Source of the DNA: an uncultured Gemmatimonadaceae bacterium
GTDB lineage: Bacteria; Gemmatimonadota; Gemmatimonadetes; Gemmatimonadales; Gemmatimonadaceae
Reading direction: 5' to 3'
DNA length: 64,000 nt
Assembly (NCBI GenBank): GCA_963829055.1
Contig: CAWHHI010000016.1
Span: 96,001 to 160,000, forward strand
Shown here: positions 12,377 to 21,949 of the stretch, in pieces
How positions within the stretch are numbered: position 1 is the stretch's first letter
How the letters are laid out: each line of letters begins with the position of its first letter
Position numbers and translations under genes: made by a program
Notes under the pieces: model-generated
What the model was told of the DNA's origin: nothing
The model's input: only the letters and a program-made list of their open reading frames with translations
The model's database searches: none

Positions 12377-13267
12377 TTACCCTGGTCTGATCACCCGGTA
12401 GCGCGCCTGCACGACCTCGTAGGCGCCGTACGCGATCAGTCCAACCGCCACAGCCGCGAGCAGCCACTTCCCAAACGGCTGCTGACCGATCGCGCTCAAC
12501 GCCTCGCCCGTGTCCGCCGCCTTGTTCGCGTTGTGCGCCATGCCCGCGCGCACGAGGTACGCGCCGATTACCGCGAACACGACACCACGTGCGCCGATGC
12601 CGACGCGACAGATCTTGATGGCCCACGATCCCGCCTCGCGCGACAGACGCGATAGATCGAGCTGCTTACTGAGCTTGGCGGCCCACGCGCGGTACACCTG
12701 ATACAACCCGTAACCCGCAACCACGAGCCCGCCGCCCATCACGAGCCAGGGTCCGAACGGCGCGTCGAGCACTCGGCCAGTCCACTCCTCGACCGCTTGT
12801 CCACTGCCACCGCCGCGCGCACTGCCCATCGCGAGTCGAACCGCCTGCACGCCAAGCACCGCGTGCACGATCCCGCGCACCACGTTGCTCGCGCGAAGCG
12901 CGATACCCTTCGCGGAATTGCCGCGTCGCTCAGGGTCGAGGATCCCGTCGATGATGCGCCACGCCGCATAGCCGAACAGTCCGGCCGCGATCACCACGAG
13001 AATGATCGCGCCGTAGCGATGCCTGACGAGTGTCGCCAATGCGCCGCGTGAGCCCGTGGTGCGTCCGCCGTCTCCGAGCGCCGCCTGGAGCGCGAGCACG
13101 CCGACGATCGAGTACAGGATCGCCTTGCCGGCATAGCCGACGCGCGCGAGTCGCTCGATCCATGGCGCCGCCGGCGCGATTGCCTCACGCGCGGCCGCCG
13201 ATGTCGCCGCGGCGGCGCTCGGTTGGAACTTCGGGACGGACGCTGCGGGACGGCTCATGGTCGCCAC
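12377..13267 (-). CDS. DUF1206 domain membrane protein
   Basis: LARVGYAGKAILY motif with three repeated hydrophobic modules, e.g. QQPFGKWLL. Confidence 0.8.
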   Translation of the reverse strand: MATMSRPAASVPKFQPSAAAATSAAAREAIAPAAPWIERLARVGYAGKAILYSIVGVLALQAALGDGGRTTGSRGALATLVRHRYGAIILVVIAAGLFGYAAWRIIDGILDPERRGNSAKGIALRASNVVRGIVHAVLGVQAVRLAMGSARGGGSGQAVEEWTGRVLDAPFGPWLVMGGGLVVAGYGLYQVYRAWAAKLSKQLDLSRLSREAGSWAIKICRVGIGARGVVFAVIGAYLVRAGMAHNANKAADTGEALSAIGQQPFGKWLLAAVAVGLIAYGAYEVVQARYRVIRPG

Positions 13268-13334
13268 ATGTGGCAGGCGGCGTGCCGCGAGCGCGGCTGA
13301 CGCGAGCCGACACGCCGCGGCCGGCGCTATCGCG

Positions 13335-13914
13335 TTATGTGCGCGGCGTTATGGATGGCGCGCGCGCTGCGGGAACGCCGGTCACGCCGCCCGAGACGAT
13401 GAACGCCATGACGTCCGCGCTCGCGGCATTGAGCGGTTCGAGCGCCGTCGACGGAAATACGACGAGGTTTCCCGCGAAGTTGTACGACTGCGGGAAGTAC
13501 ACCGATGAGTATCCCGGCAGACCAAGTCGGTCGAGCGATTCCTGCGTCACGAAGCCGACCATGCGCGCGTCGGTGTGTGCGCTCATGCGTACGAGCACCG
13601 GCTTGTCGAAGCGCCGCTTCTCGCCGACGAACGCGTTGAGCAGATCCTTCGTCGACGTGTAGAGCAGGCGCACGAACGGGAGTCGCCCCAGCACCTGGTC
13701 CACGACGGCGACCAGGCCGCGCGTGATGAGGTTGGAGCCGAGTCCCCCGACGAGCGTGATGATCACGATCGTGAGGAGGAACCCCAGCCCAGGCACCGGA
13801 AGGCCGAGCCATCCGTCGATGCGCTCGAAGATCACCCAGCAGACGTAGAGGGTGATCGCGAGCGGCGCGACGAGCACGAGCCCGCGCAGAAAGTAGTTGA
13901 GCAGCCTGACGCAT
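13335..13914 (-). CDS. DUF502 domain membrane protein; the ATG at 13914 is out of frame by a probable indel
   Basis: FLRGLVLVAPLAIT, RLPFVRLLYTSTKD, VYFPQSYNFAG, IVSGG. Confidence 0.85.
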
Positions 13915-14015
13915 GGTCCCAATGATAATCGAGCGAGTCATCACGCGACCGGCGTGTGGCGTTCGTCACCGGAGGCCGCCTTCCTCAGGCCTCGACTCGC
14001 CATACATTTGCCGCC

Positions 14016-15041
14016 ATGACTTCGGCAATCCAGACGCGCGCGCTGAGAAAGGAGTATCCTGCGCCCACCGCGCGACGCGGGCGCGGGTCTTCAGTTGGCC
14101 CGCCACCCGCGCCCACGCCGGGAGTGCGCCCCGGAGGTGCGCGCGGCGGGCCCATCGTCGCGCTCGATGCTCTCGACCTCGATGTCGAGCAGGGCGAGTT
14201 CTTCGGACTGCTCGGACCGAACGGCGCGGGAAAGACCACGACCATCGGAATCCTAACGACGCGAGTACGCGCCACGTCCGGCATGGCGAGCGTCGCCGGC
14301 GCGGACGTCATCCGGGACGACGTCCGCGTTCGTCAGCGCATCGGCGTCGTTCCCCAGCGACCGAATCCCGATCGCAGTCTCAACGCCATCGAGAATCTCG
14401 AATTCCACGCCGCGTACTTCGGCATTCCGCTCGGCACCGCGTCGCGTCGTGCGCACGAGCTGCTCGAGAAGTTAGGCATCGGCGAGAAGCAGAACGCGAA
14501 GGTGGACGAGCTCTCCGGGGGACAACAGCAGCGGCTGATGATCGCGCGTGCGCTCATCCACGAGCCGCGCGTGTTGTTTCTCGACGAGCCGACTGTGGGG
14601 CTCGACCCGCAGGCGCGACTCGCGTTATGGGATATCCTCCGTGACCTGCACGCGCAGGGCCGCACGATCGTGATGACGACGCACTACATGGAGGAAGCGG
14701 ATCAGCTCTGCGATCGTCTCGCGATCATCGATCAGGGCCGGCTGCTCGCGTGCGATACGCCGGATCACCTGCGGGCGCAGGCGCCGGGTGGGACGCTCGT
14801 CGAGCTTACGCTCGATGGCGACGCGGAAGCGGCGGCGCAGGCCGCTCGAAGTATTCCTGGTGTTCAGCGCGCTGAAGGACGGCAGGCGGCGCTCCGCGCG
14901 TACAGCGATCGCGGCGGCGAGCTGATTCCAGCGCTCATCCGTGTCGCGGAAGCACAGGGCCGAACGGTGAAGAACATCAATCTCGCCACACCGAGTCTCG
15001 AGACGCTGTTCATCTCGCTCACGGGGAGGAAACTCGATTGA
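14016..15041 (+). CDS. ABC-2 type exporter ATP-binding protein
   Basis: GPNGAGKTT, LSGGQ, LFLDEPT, TTHYMEEA. Confidence 0.92.
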   Translation: MTSAIQTRALRKEYPAPTARRGRGSSVGPPPAPTPGVRPGGARGGPIVALDALDLDVEQGEFFGLLGPNGAGKTTTIGILTTRVRATSGMASVAGADVIRDDVRVRQRIGVVPQRPNPDRSLNAIENLEFHAAYFGIPLGTASRRAHELLEKLGIGEKQNAKVDELSGGQQQRLMIARALIHEPRVLFLDEPTVGLDPQARLALWDILRDLHAQGRTIVMTTHYMEEADQLCDRLAIIDQGRLLACDTPDHLRAQAPGGTLVELTLDGDAEAAAQAARSIPGVQRAEGRQAALRAYSDRGGELIPALIRVAEAQGRTVKNINLATPSLETLFISLTGRKLD

Positions 15042-15880
15042 CGGTGACTGCATCGACGGCGCCTCGCGACGCCACTCTCGCACCCGATGACGCGAGCGAT
15101 CGCGCAGTATCATCGGCTGCCGTGTTCGGCGCGCTCTTTCGCCGCGATCTTCGCGTCGCACGGCGCGAGCTCCCGTACTTTCTCGTCCGCACGCTGATGC
15201 AGCCCGTGCTGTTCATCATCGTGTTCGGCTATCTGCTGCCGAAGATGGGCTTCGTGCGCGGCGGCTATACGACGGCGCTGCTCCCCGGCATTCTTGCGGT
15301 AAGCCTCGCGCTGTCGGCGGTGCAGGCGGTCTCGCTGCCGATGGTGCAGGATTTCGGCTGGACGCGCGAGATCGAGGATCGCCTGCTCGCGCCAGTCGCG
15401 ACGCCACTGATCGCGAACGAGAAAGTCGTCGCCGGCGCGGTGCAGGGAATCATCTCGGCCATCGTCGTGTTTCCGATCGCGCGGCTCATCATGGGTCCGA
15501 TCCCCGGCCTGACGCTCGCGCACGTCTTGCCATTCGTCGCGATCACCGCGCTCGGTGCGCTGACGTTCTCGGCGATGGGCCTGCTCATGGGCACCGCGAT
15601 CGCGCCACAGCAGATCGGTCTCATGTTCAGCATCATCATCGCGCCGATGCTGATGTTCGGCTGTGCGTACTACCCGTGGCGCGGTCTCGATCGTGTGCCC
15701 GTGATCAAGTACCTGGTGCTGGTGAACCCACTCGTGTATGTGGCCGAAGGAATGCGGGGCGCGATCACGCCGGAGGTGCCACACATGCCGCTGCTCGCGT
15801 CGTCGGGGGCGCTGGTGCTGCTCGCGGGCGTGTTCTGGTACTGGGGTCGCCGCACGTTCCTGAAGAAAGCGCTCGGCTAG
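15038..15880 (+). CDS. ABC-2 type exporter permease
   Basis: Six hydrophobic segments, NPLVYVAEGMR; start overlaps the ATPase stop. Confidence 0.9.
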   Translation: MTVTASTAPRDATLAPDDASDRAVSSAAVFGALFRRDLRVARRELPYFLVRTLMQPVLFIIVFGYLLPKMGFVRGGYTTALLPGILAVSLALSAVQAVSLPMVQDFGWTREIEDRLLAPVATPLIANEKVVAGAVQGIISAIVVFPIARLIMGPIPGLTLAHVLPFVAITALGALTFSAMGLLMGTAIAPQQIGLMFSIIIAPMLMFGCAYYPWRGLDRVPVIKYLVLVNPLVYVAEGMRGAITPEVPHMPLLASSGALVLLAGVFWYWGRRTFLKKALG

Positions 15881-15883
15881 GCT

Positions 15884-16069
15884 GTCATTCCGAGCGAAGG
15901 CCCGAAGGGCCGCAGTCGAGGATCCCTGTCATTCCGAGCGGAGGCCGCAGGCCGGAGTCGAGGAATCGTGCGGTTCCCGGTAGAGGGCACTCTACCCGCA
16001 CGATCGCGATTCCTCGACTCGCTTCGCTCGCTCGGAATGACACGGCTCTGCCGCTCCGCTCGGAATGAC
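15884..16069. repeat. REP-like nested palindrome, second copy of the GTCATTCCGAGCG family
   Basis: Left arms 15884 and 15928, right arms 16029 and 16057. Confidence 0.85.
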
Positions 16070-16113
16070 GACCGCATTGGTGCAGGGGTGAGCGGGATAT
16101 AGAATTCCGCACT

Positions 16114-18075
16114 ATGGCGACGACACAGATTCCTCCGACGACCAGCGACGACAAGCCCGCTCCTGCCTGGTCGATCGACTCCGCGCGCGAGCTCTACAAC
16201 ATCGAGGGCTGGGGCGCCGGCTACTTCGACATCAACGACGTCGGACACGTCGTCGTGCGGCCCGACCGCGATCGACCAAACCGCGCGCTCGATCTGCACG
16301 ATCTCGCGCGCGATCTGGAAGAGCAGGGCGTCGCGTTGCCCGTGTTGCTCCGCTTCTCGGACATTCTCCAGTCGCGCATCGAGTCGCTGAGCGAGCGATT
16401 CCAGTCGGCGATCAAGGAGTTCGAGTACCAGGGCGAATACACGTCGGTCTACCCGATCAAGGTCAACCAGCAGCGCCACGTCGTCGAGGAGATCGTCGAG
16501 TTCGGCAAGGCGCACGGCGTCGGCCTCGAATGCGGATCCAAGCCCGAGCTGCAGGCGGTGCTCGCCCTGAGCGAGTCGACCGACCACATCATCGTCTGCA
16601 ACGGCTACAAGGACGAGGAGTTCATGCGCCTCGCCATGATGGGCCAGAAGCTCGGCCACAAGGTCTTCATCGTGCTCGAGCAGCTGAGCGAGCTGGATGT
16701 GCTCCTGCAGGCCGCCGACGACCTCGGCGTGACGCCGGTCGCCGGCGTGCGGATCAAGCTCGTCGCCGAAGGCGCGGGCCGGTGGGCGCAGAGCGGCGGC
16801 GAGAAGTCGAAGTTCGGGCTCAACGCGGCGCAGCTCATGAAGCTCATCGAGCGACTTCGCTCGTTAGGCCGCATCGACATCCTGAAGCTCATTCACTTCC
16901 ATATCGGGAGTCAGGTCACCGACATCCGCTACATCAAGAGCGCGCTGCAGGAAGTGTCGCGCTACTACGCGGAGATCCGGAAAGCGGGCGTGGACATCAC
17001 GCACGTGGACGTCGGCGGCGGACTCGGCGTCGACTACGATGGCACGGCGTCGACGTCGCACGCGAGCGTCAACTACTCGCTGCAGGAATACGCGAACGAC
17101 GTCATCTACACCATCGCCGAGATGTGCCGGGATCAGGAGCTTCCGATGCCGCACATCATCAGCGAGTCGGGGCGTGCGCTCACGGCGCATCACGCGCTGC
17201 TGTTGCTCAAGGTGATCGACGTCGAGTCACAGGCCGAGCCGCCGCTTCCGGACATTACGGAAGACGATCACTCGCTGCTGCACGAGATGCTCGCGGACTG
17301 TCAGACGCTCGCGAAGAAGAACGTGCGCTCGCGGAAGATTCTCGAGGTCTATCACGACGCGACGTTCGACAAGGAGCGCGCGCAGCAGCTGTTCAACAGC
17401 GGTGTGCTGTCGCTGCGCGAGCGGGCAATGGCGGAGACGATCTACTTCGCCACGATCAACCGGATCGCGCGTTATGCGGAGAGCGACCGGGACAAGTTCG
17501 AGGAGATCATCAAGGAGCTCGACGCCGCGCTGGTCGATCGGTACTTCTGCAACTTCTCGCTGTTCCAGTCGCTCCCGGACAGCTGGGCAATCGATCAGCT
17601 GTTCCCGATCATGCCGATTCACCGGCTGGACGAGGAGCCGACGCGCCGCGGCACCCTGCAGGACGTGACGTGCGACTCGGATGGCAAGATCGACCGCTTC
17701 GTCGGCGACAAGAACGGTCGTCCGAGCATGGAGCTCCACGACTTCCGCGACGAGGATGACTACATGTTAGGCATCTTCCTCACGGGGGCGTACCAGGAGA
17801 TCCTGGGCGACCTGCACAACCTGTTCGGGGACACGAACGCGGTGCACATCAAGATCACGGACTCGGGCTACGAGATCACGGACCTCGTGCACGGCGACAC
17901 GGTGACGGAGGTCCTGAACTACGTGCAGTTCGGCGCGTCGAACCTGCTCGCGACGTTTCGCCGCAAGGTGAGCGCGGCAAAGAACATCTCCAGGCAAGAG
18001 GCCAACACGTTCATCGCCGAGTACGTCGCAGGACTGGAAGGCTATACGTATCTCGAAGGCGAGGCCGCGCGTTAG
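16114..18075 (+). CDS. speA: Biosynthetic arginine decarboxylase
   Basis: YPIKVNQ (PLP Lys), GLECGSKPEL, HFHIGSQ, DVGGGLGVDYDG, SESGRA, TCDSDG, GAYQEILGDLHNLFG. Confidence 0.96.
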   Translation: MATTQIPPTTSDDKPAPAWSIDSARELYNIEGWGAGYFDINDVGHVVVRPDRDRPNRALDLHDLARDLEEQGVALPVLLRFSDILQSRIESLSERFQSAIKEFEYQGEYTSVYPIKVNQQRHVVEEIVEFGKAHGVGLECGSKPELQAVLALSESTDHIIVCNGYKDEEFMRLAMMGQKLGHKVFIVLEQLSELDVLLQAADDLGVTPVAGVRIKLVAEGAGRWAQSGGEKSKFGLNAAQLMKLIERLRSLGRIDILKLIHFHIGSQVTDIRYIKSALQEVSRYYAEIRKAGVDITHVDVGGGLGVDYDGTASTSHASVNYSLQEYANDVIYTIAEMCRDQELPMPHIISESGRALTAHHALLLLKVIDVESQAEPPLPDITEDDHSLLHEMLADCQTLAKKNVRSRKILEVYHDATFDKERAQQLFNSGVLSLRERAMAETIYFATINRIARYAESDRDKFEEIIKELDAALVDRYFCNFSLFQSLPDSWAIDQLFPIMPIHRLDEEPTRRGTLQDVTCDSDGKIDRFVGDKNGRPSMELHDFRDEDDYMLGIFLTGAYQEILGDLHNLFGDTNAVHIKITDSGYEITDLVHGDTVTEVLNYVQFGASNLLATFRRKVSAAKNISRQEANTFIAEYVAGLEGYTYLEGEAAR

Positions 18076-18261
18076 CAACTGCAGCAGCTGGTTGCTGGGT
18101 GCTCGTGCTTGTTGCTGGGTGACGCTGGTGAAGTGCGAAGGGCGCGAACGGACAGCAACGGGGTCCGAGTCGATTCGACTCGGACCCCGTTCGTCGTTCG
18201 CGCGTTGCACTTCAGCGTCACCCAGCAACAAGCACACGCACCCAGCAACCAGCTGGCAGTT
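18076..18261. repeat. ~185-bp long hairpin between convergent speA and sodA; likely bidirectional terminator / REP element
   Basis: CAGCTGGTTGCTGGGTG...TGTTGCTGGGTGACGCTG pairs with CAGCGTCACCCAGCAACA...CACCCAGCAACCAGCTG; core GGGGTCCGAGTCGA-T-TCGACTCGGACCCC. Confidence 0.85.
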
Positions 18262-18872
18262 TACCTGCCGAAGCGTTGTTCGACTTCACGCCAGTTGACG
18301 ACGTTCCACCATGCATTGAGATAGTCTGGCCGACGGTTCTGATACTTGAGGTAGTACGCGTGCTCCCACACGTCGCAGCCGAGGAGCACATCGCCCGCCT
18401 TTTTGCCGTCCATCAGCGGGTTGTCCTGGTTAGGCGAGCTCGTGATGGCGAGGTTGGCGCCGTCGCGCACCAGCCACGCCCAGCCTGAGCCGAAGCGGCC
18501 AACGCCCGCCGCGTTGAACTGCTCCTTGAGCTTCGCGAAGCCGCCGAACGCGCGGTCGATCGCCGCCGCCAGCGCACCGGACGGCTCGCCGCCGGCGTTA
18601 GGCGCCATGATCTGCCAGAAGAACGAGTGGTTCCAGTGTCCGCCACCGTTGTTGCGCACCGCGCCGCGCACCGCTTCCGGCACCGCGTTGAGATTCGACA
18701 GCAGCTCCTCGAGGCTCTTGTTCGCGAGCTCGGGCGCCTTCTCGAGCGCGGCATTCAGGTTGTTGACGTACGCCTGATGATGCTTGCCGTGGTGGATCTG
18801 CATCGTCTGCGCGTCGATGCTGGGCTCGAGCGCGTCGGGGGCGTACGGAAGCGGCGGTAAAGTATGAGCCAT
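18261..18872 (-). CDS. sodA: Superoxide dismutase, Mn-type signature
   Basis: [33 protein letters not shown]. Confidence 0.95.
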   Translation of the reverse strand: MAHTLPPLPYAPDALEPSIDAQTMQIHHGKHHQAYVNNLNAALEKAPELANKSLEELLSNLNAVPEAVRGAVRNNGGGHWNHSFFWQIMAPNAGGEPSGALAAAIDRAFGGFAKLKEQFNAAGVGRFGSGWAWLVRDGANLAITSSPNQDNPLMDGKKAGDVLLGCDVWEHAYYLKYQNRRPDYLNAWWNVVNWREVEQRFGR

Positions 18873-18911
18873 CGTGCTTGGTCTCCGTGACAAGGACGTG
18901 CCGAAAGCGAT

Positions 18912-19016
18912 AGCTGGTGGCTGGGTGGTCGTGCTGGTGGCTGGGTGACGCTGGATGCCGGCTGGGTGCTCCACTCAGCGTCACCCAGCAACAAGCATCG
19001 CTACAAGCTACCAGCC
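18912..19016. repeat. Second, shorter copy of the GCTGGGTGACGCTG / CAGCGTCACCCAGC hairpin family
   Basis: Same arms as 18076-18261 with a different loop. Confidence 0.8.
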
Positions 19017-19651
19017 TCGGGCTGGCTTGGCGCTGCTTTCCGCTCGCTCAACCAGGAGATGATGCCGGGCAGAATCGAGAGGAAGATAACGACGATGATG
19101 ACTTTCTCTATGTGCTTGTCGATCCCCGGCACCATCCGGCCCAGGAAGTAGCCGATGAACAACATGCTCCAGATCCAGACAGTACCGCCGAGCACGCTGT
19201 AGGTCAGGAACGTGCGGTAAGACATTCGTGCGACTCCAGCCACGAGTGGCGCGAACGTCCGGATGATCGGCATGAATCGCGCAAGCACGATCGTCTTGGC
19301 GCCGTGCTTCTCGTAAAACTCATGGGCTCGCTCCACGTGACGGCGCCGGAAGAACAGCGACTCCTCACGCGTGAACACCTTGGGACCCATGAACCTGCCG
19401 ATCCAATAGTTCGTGTTATCGCCGACCACCGCTGCGATGTTGAGCAGCAGACCGAGCAGGTATACGTCGAGGCTGAATCCTTGCGAGGCCAGCAGGCCAG
19501 CCGTCACGAGCAGCGAATCGCCAGGCAGAAAAAAACCGAAAAACAACCCCGTTTCGACAAAGATGATCGCGGTGAGTCCAACGTATCCGGCCCATTGGAT
19601 GAGCGCAGGAAGATCGCCAAGGCGGTGGATCAGGTCTGACAGCGTGTCCAT
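19001..19651 (-). CDS. DedA family membrane protein
   Basis: ETGLFFGFFLPGDSLL, GDNTNYWIGR, ARFMPIIRTFAP. Confidence 0.93.
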   Translation of the reverse strand: MDTLSDLIHRLGDLPALIQWAGYVGLTAIIFVETGLFFGFFLPGDSLLVTAGLLASQGFSLDVYLLGLLLNIAAVVGDNTNYWIGRFMGPKVFTREESLFFRRRHVERAHEFYEKHGAKTIVLARFMPIIRTFAPLVAGVARMSYRTFLTYSVLGGTVWIWSMLFIGYFLGRMVPGIDKHIEKVIIVVIFLSILPGIISWLSERKAAPSQPEAGSL

Positions 19652-19765
19652 GTGGGCGCAGGAGAGAGTGAACGAGCCGGTGGAAGTTCAGCGGCTCGGT
19701 GCTGTGGGTCAACGCCAATGCGGGATTGATACCGGCGAGCGCGCAAATCGCGGAGGCGCGGCCAC

Positions 19766-21076
19766 ATGAAGCGTGACGACGGAAGCCTGACGACAGGCAC
19801 GAAACAGCGCGGTGGCGTCTCAGGCGAGCACGACATCGCGCACCTCTGGCAGGCGTTCTCCCACGCCGTCGAGCATGCACTGCAACTGCCCGCACCGGCC
19901 CGCAGCCGCTGGCATCGCGCCGGCGTCGGCACGCGCACCGAGCGTGCGCTCGACGTCCTGTTCGGCGCCGTCCTCCTCACATTCGCCGCCGGGTGGACGT
20001 GGTCGATCGCCGACGCGCGCGCCGCAGGAGGCCCGCTCGATGACACCACGACCGCTGCCACGGCGTCGATCGGAGCGGCGCTGACGGACCCGGACGCGCC
20101 CACGATCGCCTACCTCACGGACGCGACGGTCGATCTCGTCACGCCACTCCGCGGTGAGAGCGGCCGCCTCAAGGCCGTCGTCGGCAAGGCAGGGCAGCCG
20201 ATTGTCGAGGACACGCTCCCCGCGGGCGCCACGATCACGTATTCGACCGCCGGGGACGTTCGCGACTCCACCCGAGCCACCGCGCCATCCTCGGCCCCGT
20301 TAGGCACCACCGCGCCGAGCACGAAGCCGGATTCGATGCTCGCGACCGACTCGACCCGCGTGCCGCTCGCGCCGGCGGAATCGGGCGTCTGGACGACGGC
20401 GCTGCGCGTCGGCAGTGTGCTCAAGCAGGTCACCGACTTCAGCGTGATCACCCTAACGCCGCTCTCCGAGCGCCGGCGCGGACGCATTGGCCTCTATTAC
20501 ATCGGCACGTGGCCAACCGAGCGTGGACGTCGCCGCTCCGGCTACACGACGCCGTCCGGCTTCATCGAGGTCACCGCCGAGAACCAGGACACCCCGCTGT
20601 CCGACCACTTCGCGCTCGGCGATTTCCTCACACACGATCAACAGAACGTGTGGCCGAAGTACCTCGTGCTCGACCTCCGACTCGTCGACAAGCTCGAGCT
20701 GGTGCTGCTCGACCTCGAGCAGCACGGCTACGCGACGAACGGCGTGACCGTCATGAGCGGCTTTCGCACGCCGCAGTACAACGTGAGCGGCGGTGACCCG
20801 AGCGGCCGCGCGACGCTCAGCCGCCATATGTACGGCGACGCGTCCGACATCCTCATCGACAACGACGGCAACGGATGGATGGATGATCTCAATCACGACG
20901 GAAAGCTGAACATCAAGGACGCGGAAGTGGTGCTCGCGGCGGTGGATCGCGTGGAGCGCGAACATCCGGGGCTGATCGGCGGCGCAGGCGTCTACCCGGC
21001 CGAAAGCGGCCACGGACCTTTCATTCACATCGACGTGCGGGGCTATCGCGCCCGCTGGATCGGAACGGGAGAATGA
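19766..21076 (+). CDS. Membrane-anchored protein with a C-terminal peptidase M15 / YcbK-like (LAS-type Zn) domain
   Basis: SGFRTPQYN, SRHMYGDASD, FIHIDVRG; N-terminal hydrophobic segment. Confidence 0.75.
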   Translation: MKRDDGSLTTGTKQRGGVSGEHDIAHLWQAFSHAVEHALQLPAPARSRWHRAGVGTRTERALDVLFGAVLLTFAAGWTWSIADARAAGGPLDDTTTAATASIGAALTDPDAPTIAYLTDATVDLVTPLRGESGRLKAVVGKAGQPIVEDTLPAGATITYSTAGDVRDSTRATAPSSAPLGTTAPSTKPDSMLATDSTRVPLAPAESGVWTTALRVGSVLKQVTDFSVITLTPLSERRRGRIGLYYIGTWPTERGRRRSGYTTPSGFIEVTAENQDTPLSDHFALGDFLTHDQQNVWPKYLVLDLRLVDKLELVLLDLEQHGYATNGVTVMSGFRTPQYNVSGGDPSGRATLSRHMYGDASDILIDNDGNGWMDDLNHDGKLNIKDAEVVLAAVDRVEREHPGLIGGAGVYPAESGHGPFIHIDVRGYRARWIGTGE

Positions 21077-21546
21077 CCATGAGCCCAGACACTGCGGAAC
21101 TTGCGCCGGGCGACGGCGTCGACACGGCGCGCGAAGACAATGTCGCGCGCCGTCACCACGACCCGGATGCGCGAACTCACGTCCGAGCGAGCGACATCGA
21201 GCCGTACATCGGCCTGCGCTACCTCTCGAAGCTGTTTCGCTTCATGGCGATCATCCTCGTGCTGCTGTTGCTCGCCGAGGTGGTCACGGGCCTGATGAAG
21301 CAGGGGCGTACGGCGATTCCAACGCTCCTGGGCGAGATGAGTCGCCTCATCGTCCTCGCGGGACTGCTCTGGGGCACAGGTGATCTCGCGATCCTGCTGA
21401 TCGACGTTGGCCACGACGTGCGCGCCGCGCGCATCCTGCTCGGACGGCAGATCGCGCATCAAGGGCTCGATCAGCCACACGCGGAGCCGCCCGATCAGCG
21501 GCCGGATTCGTCGCCTCGACGGAATCCCGAGATTACGAGACGGTAG
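21073..21546 (+). CDS. Hypothetical two-TM membrane protein
   Basis: ATGA overlap with the upstream gene; two hydrophobic segments; typical codon usage. Confidence 0.7.
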   Translation: MTMSPDTAELAPGDGVDTAREDNVARRHHDPDARTHVRASDIEPYIGLRYLSKLFRFMAIILVLLLLAEVVTGLMKQGRTAIPTLLGEMSRLIVLAGLLWGTGDLAILLIDVGHDVRAARILLGRQIAHQGLDQPHAEPPDQRPDSSPRRNPEITRR

Positions 21547-21625
21547 GCGACAGAGCGGCCGCGCTCGATTGCGGTACGACAGTTGCTTTGGATGAGCTGT
21601 ACAACACTCCCCACGAGGGCCGACG

Positions 21626-21778
21626 ATGATCTGGACACTTGCGGTAATCCTGTTCGTGCTGTGGTTGCTCGGTGGATTCGTATTCCACGTTGGCGGTGGG
21701 CTCATTCATATCCTGCTCGTCCTCGCGGTGATCGTGATCCTGTATCGCGTCATCACGGGTCGACGACCCATCGCCTAA
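21626..21778 (+). CDS. lmo0937 / DUF5670-like 50-aa membrane protein
   Basis: Manual translation MIWTLAVILFVLWLLGGFVFHVGGGLIHILLVLAVIVILYRVITGRRPIA*; GAGGG RBS. Confidence 0.85.
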   Translation: MIWTLAVILFVLWLLGGFVFHVGGGLIHILLVLAVIVILYRVITGRRPIA

Positions 21779-21949
21779 CGAAGAAGCTTCGCGGGTGTGG
21801 CCCGGCGCGAACGCGCGCGGGCCACGCCTGTCATCTTCCTCCCCGGCCTGACGCGGCCGGAACGCTGCAGCGCGGCGTGCCGGCGCTTGCCGGTCGCGAT
21901 CGCGCGTGCCCCTTGCCGGGCCCGTCATCCCGTCACAGACTCCTCGCGC

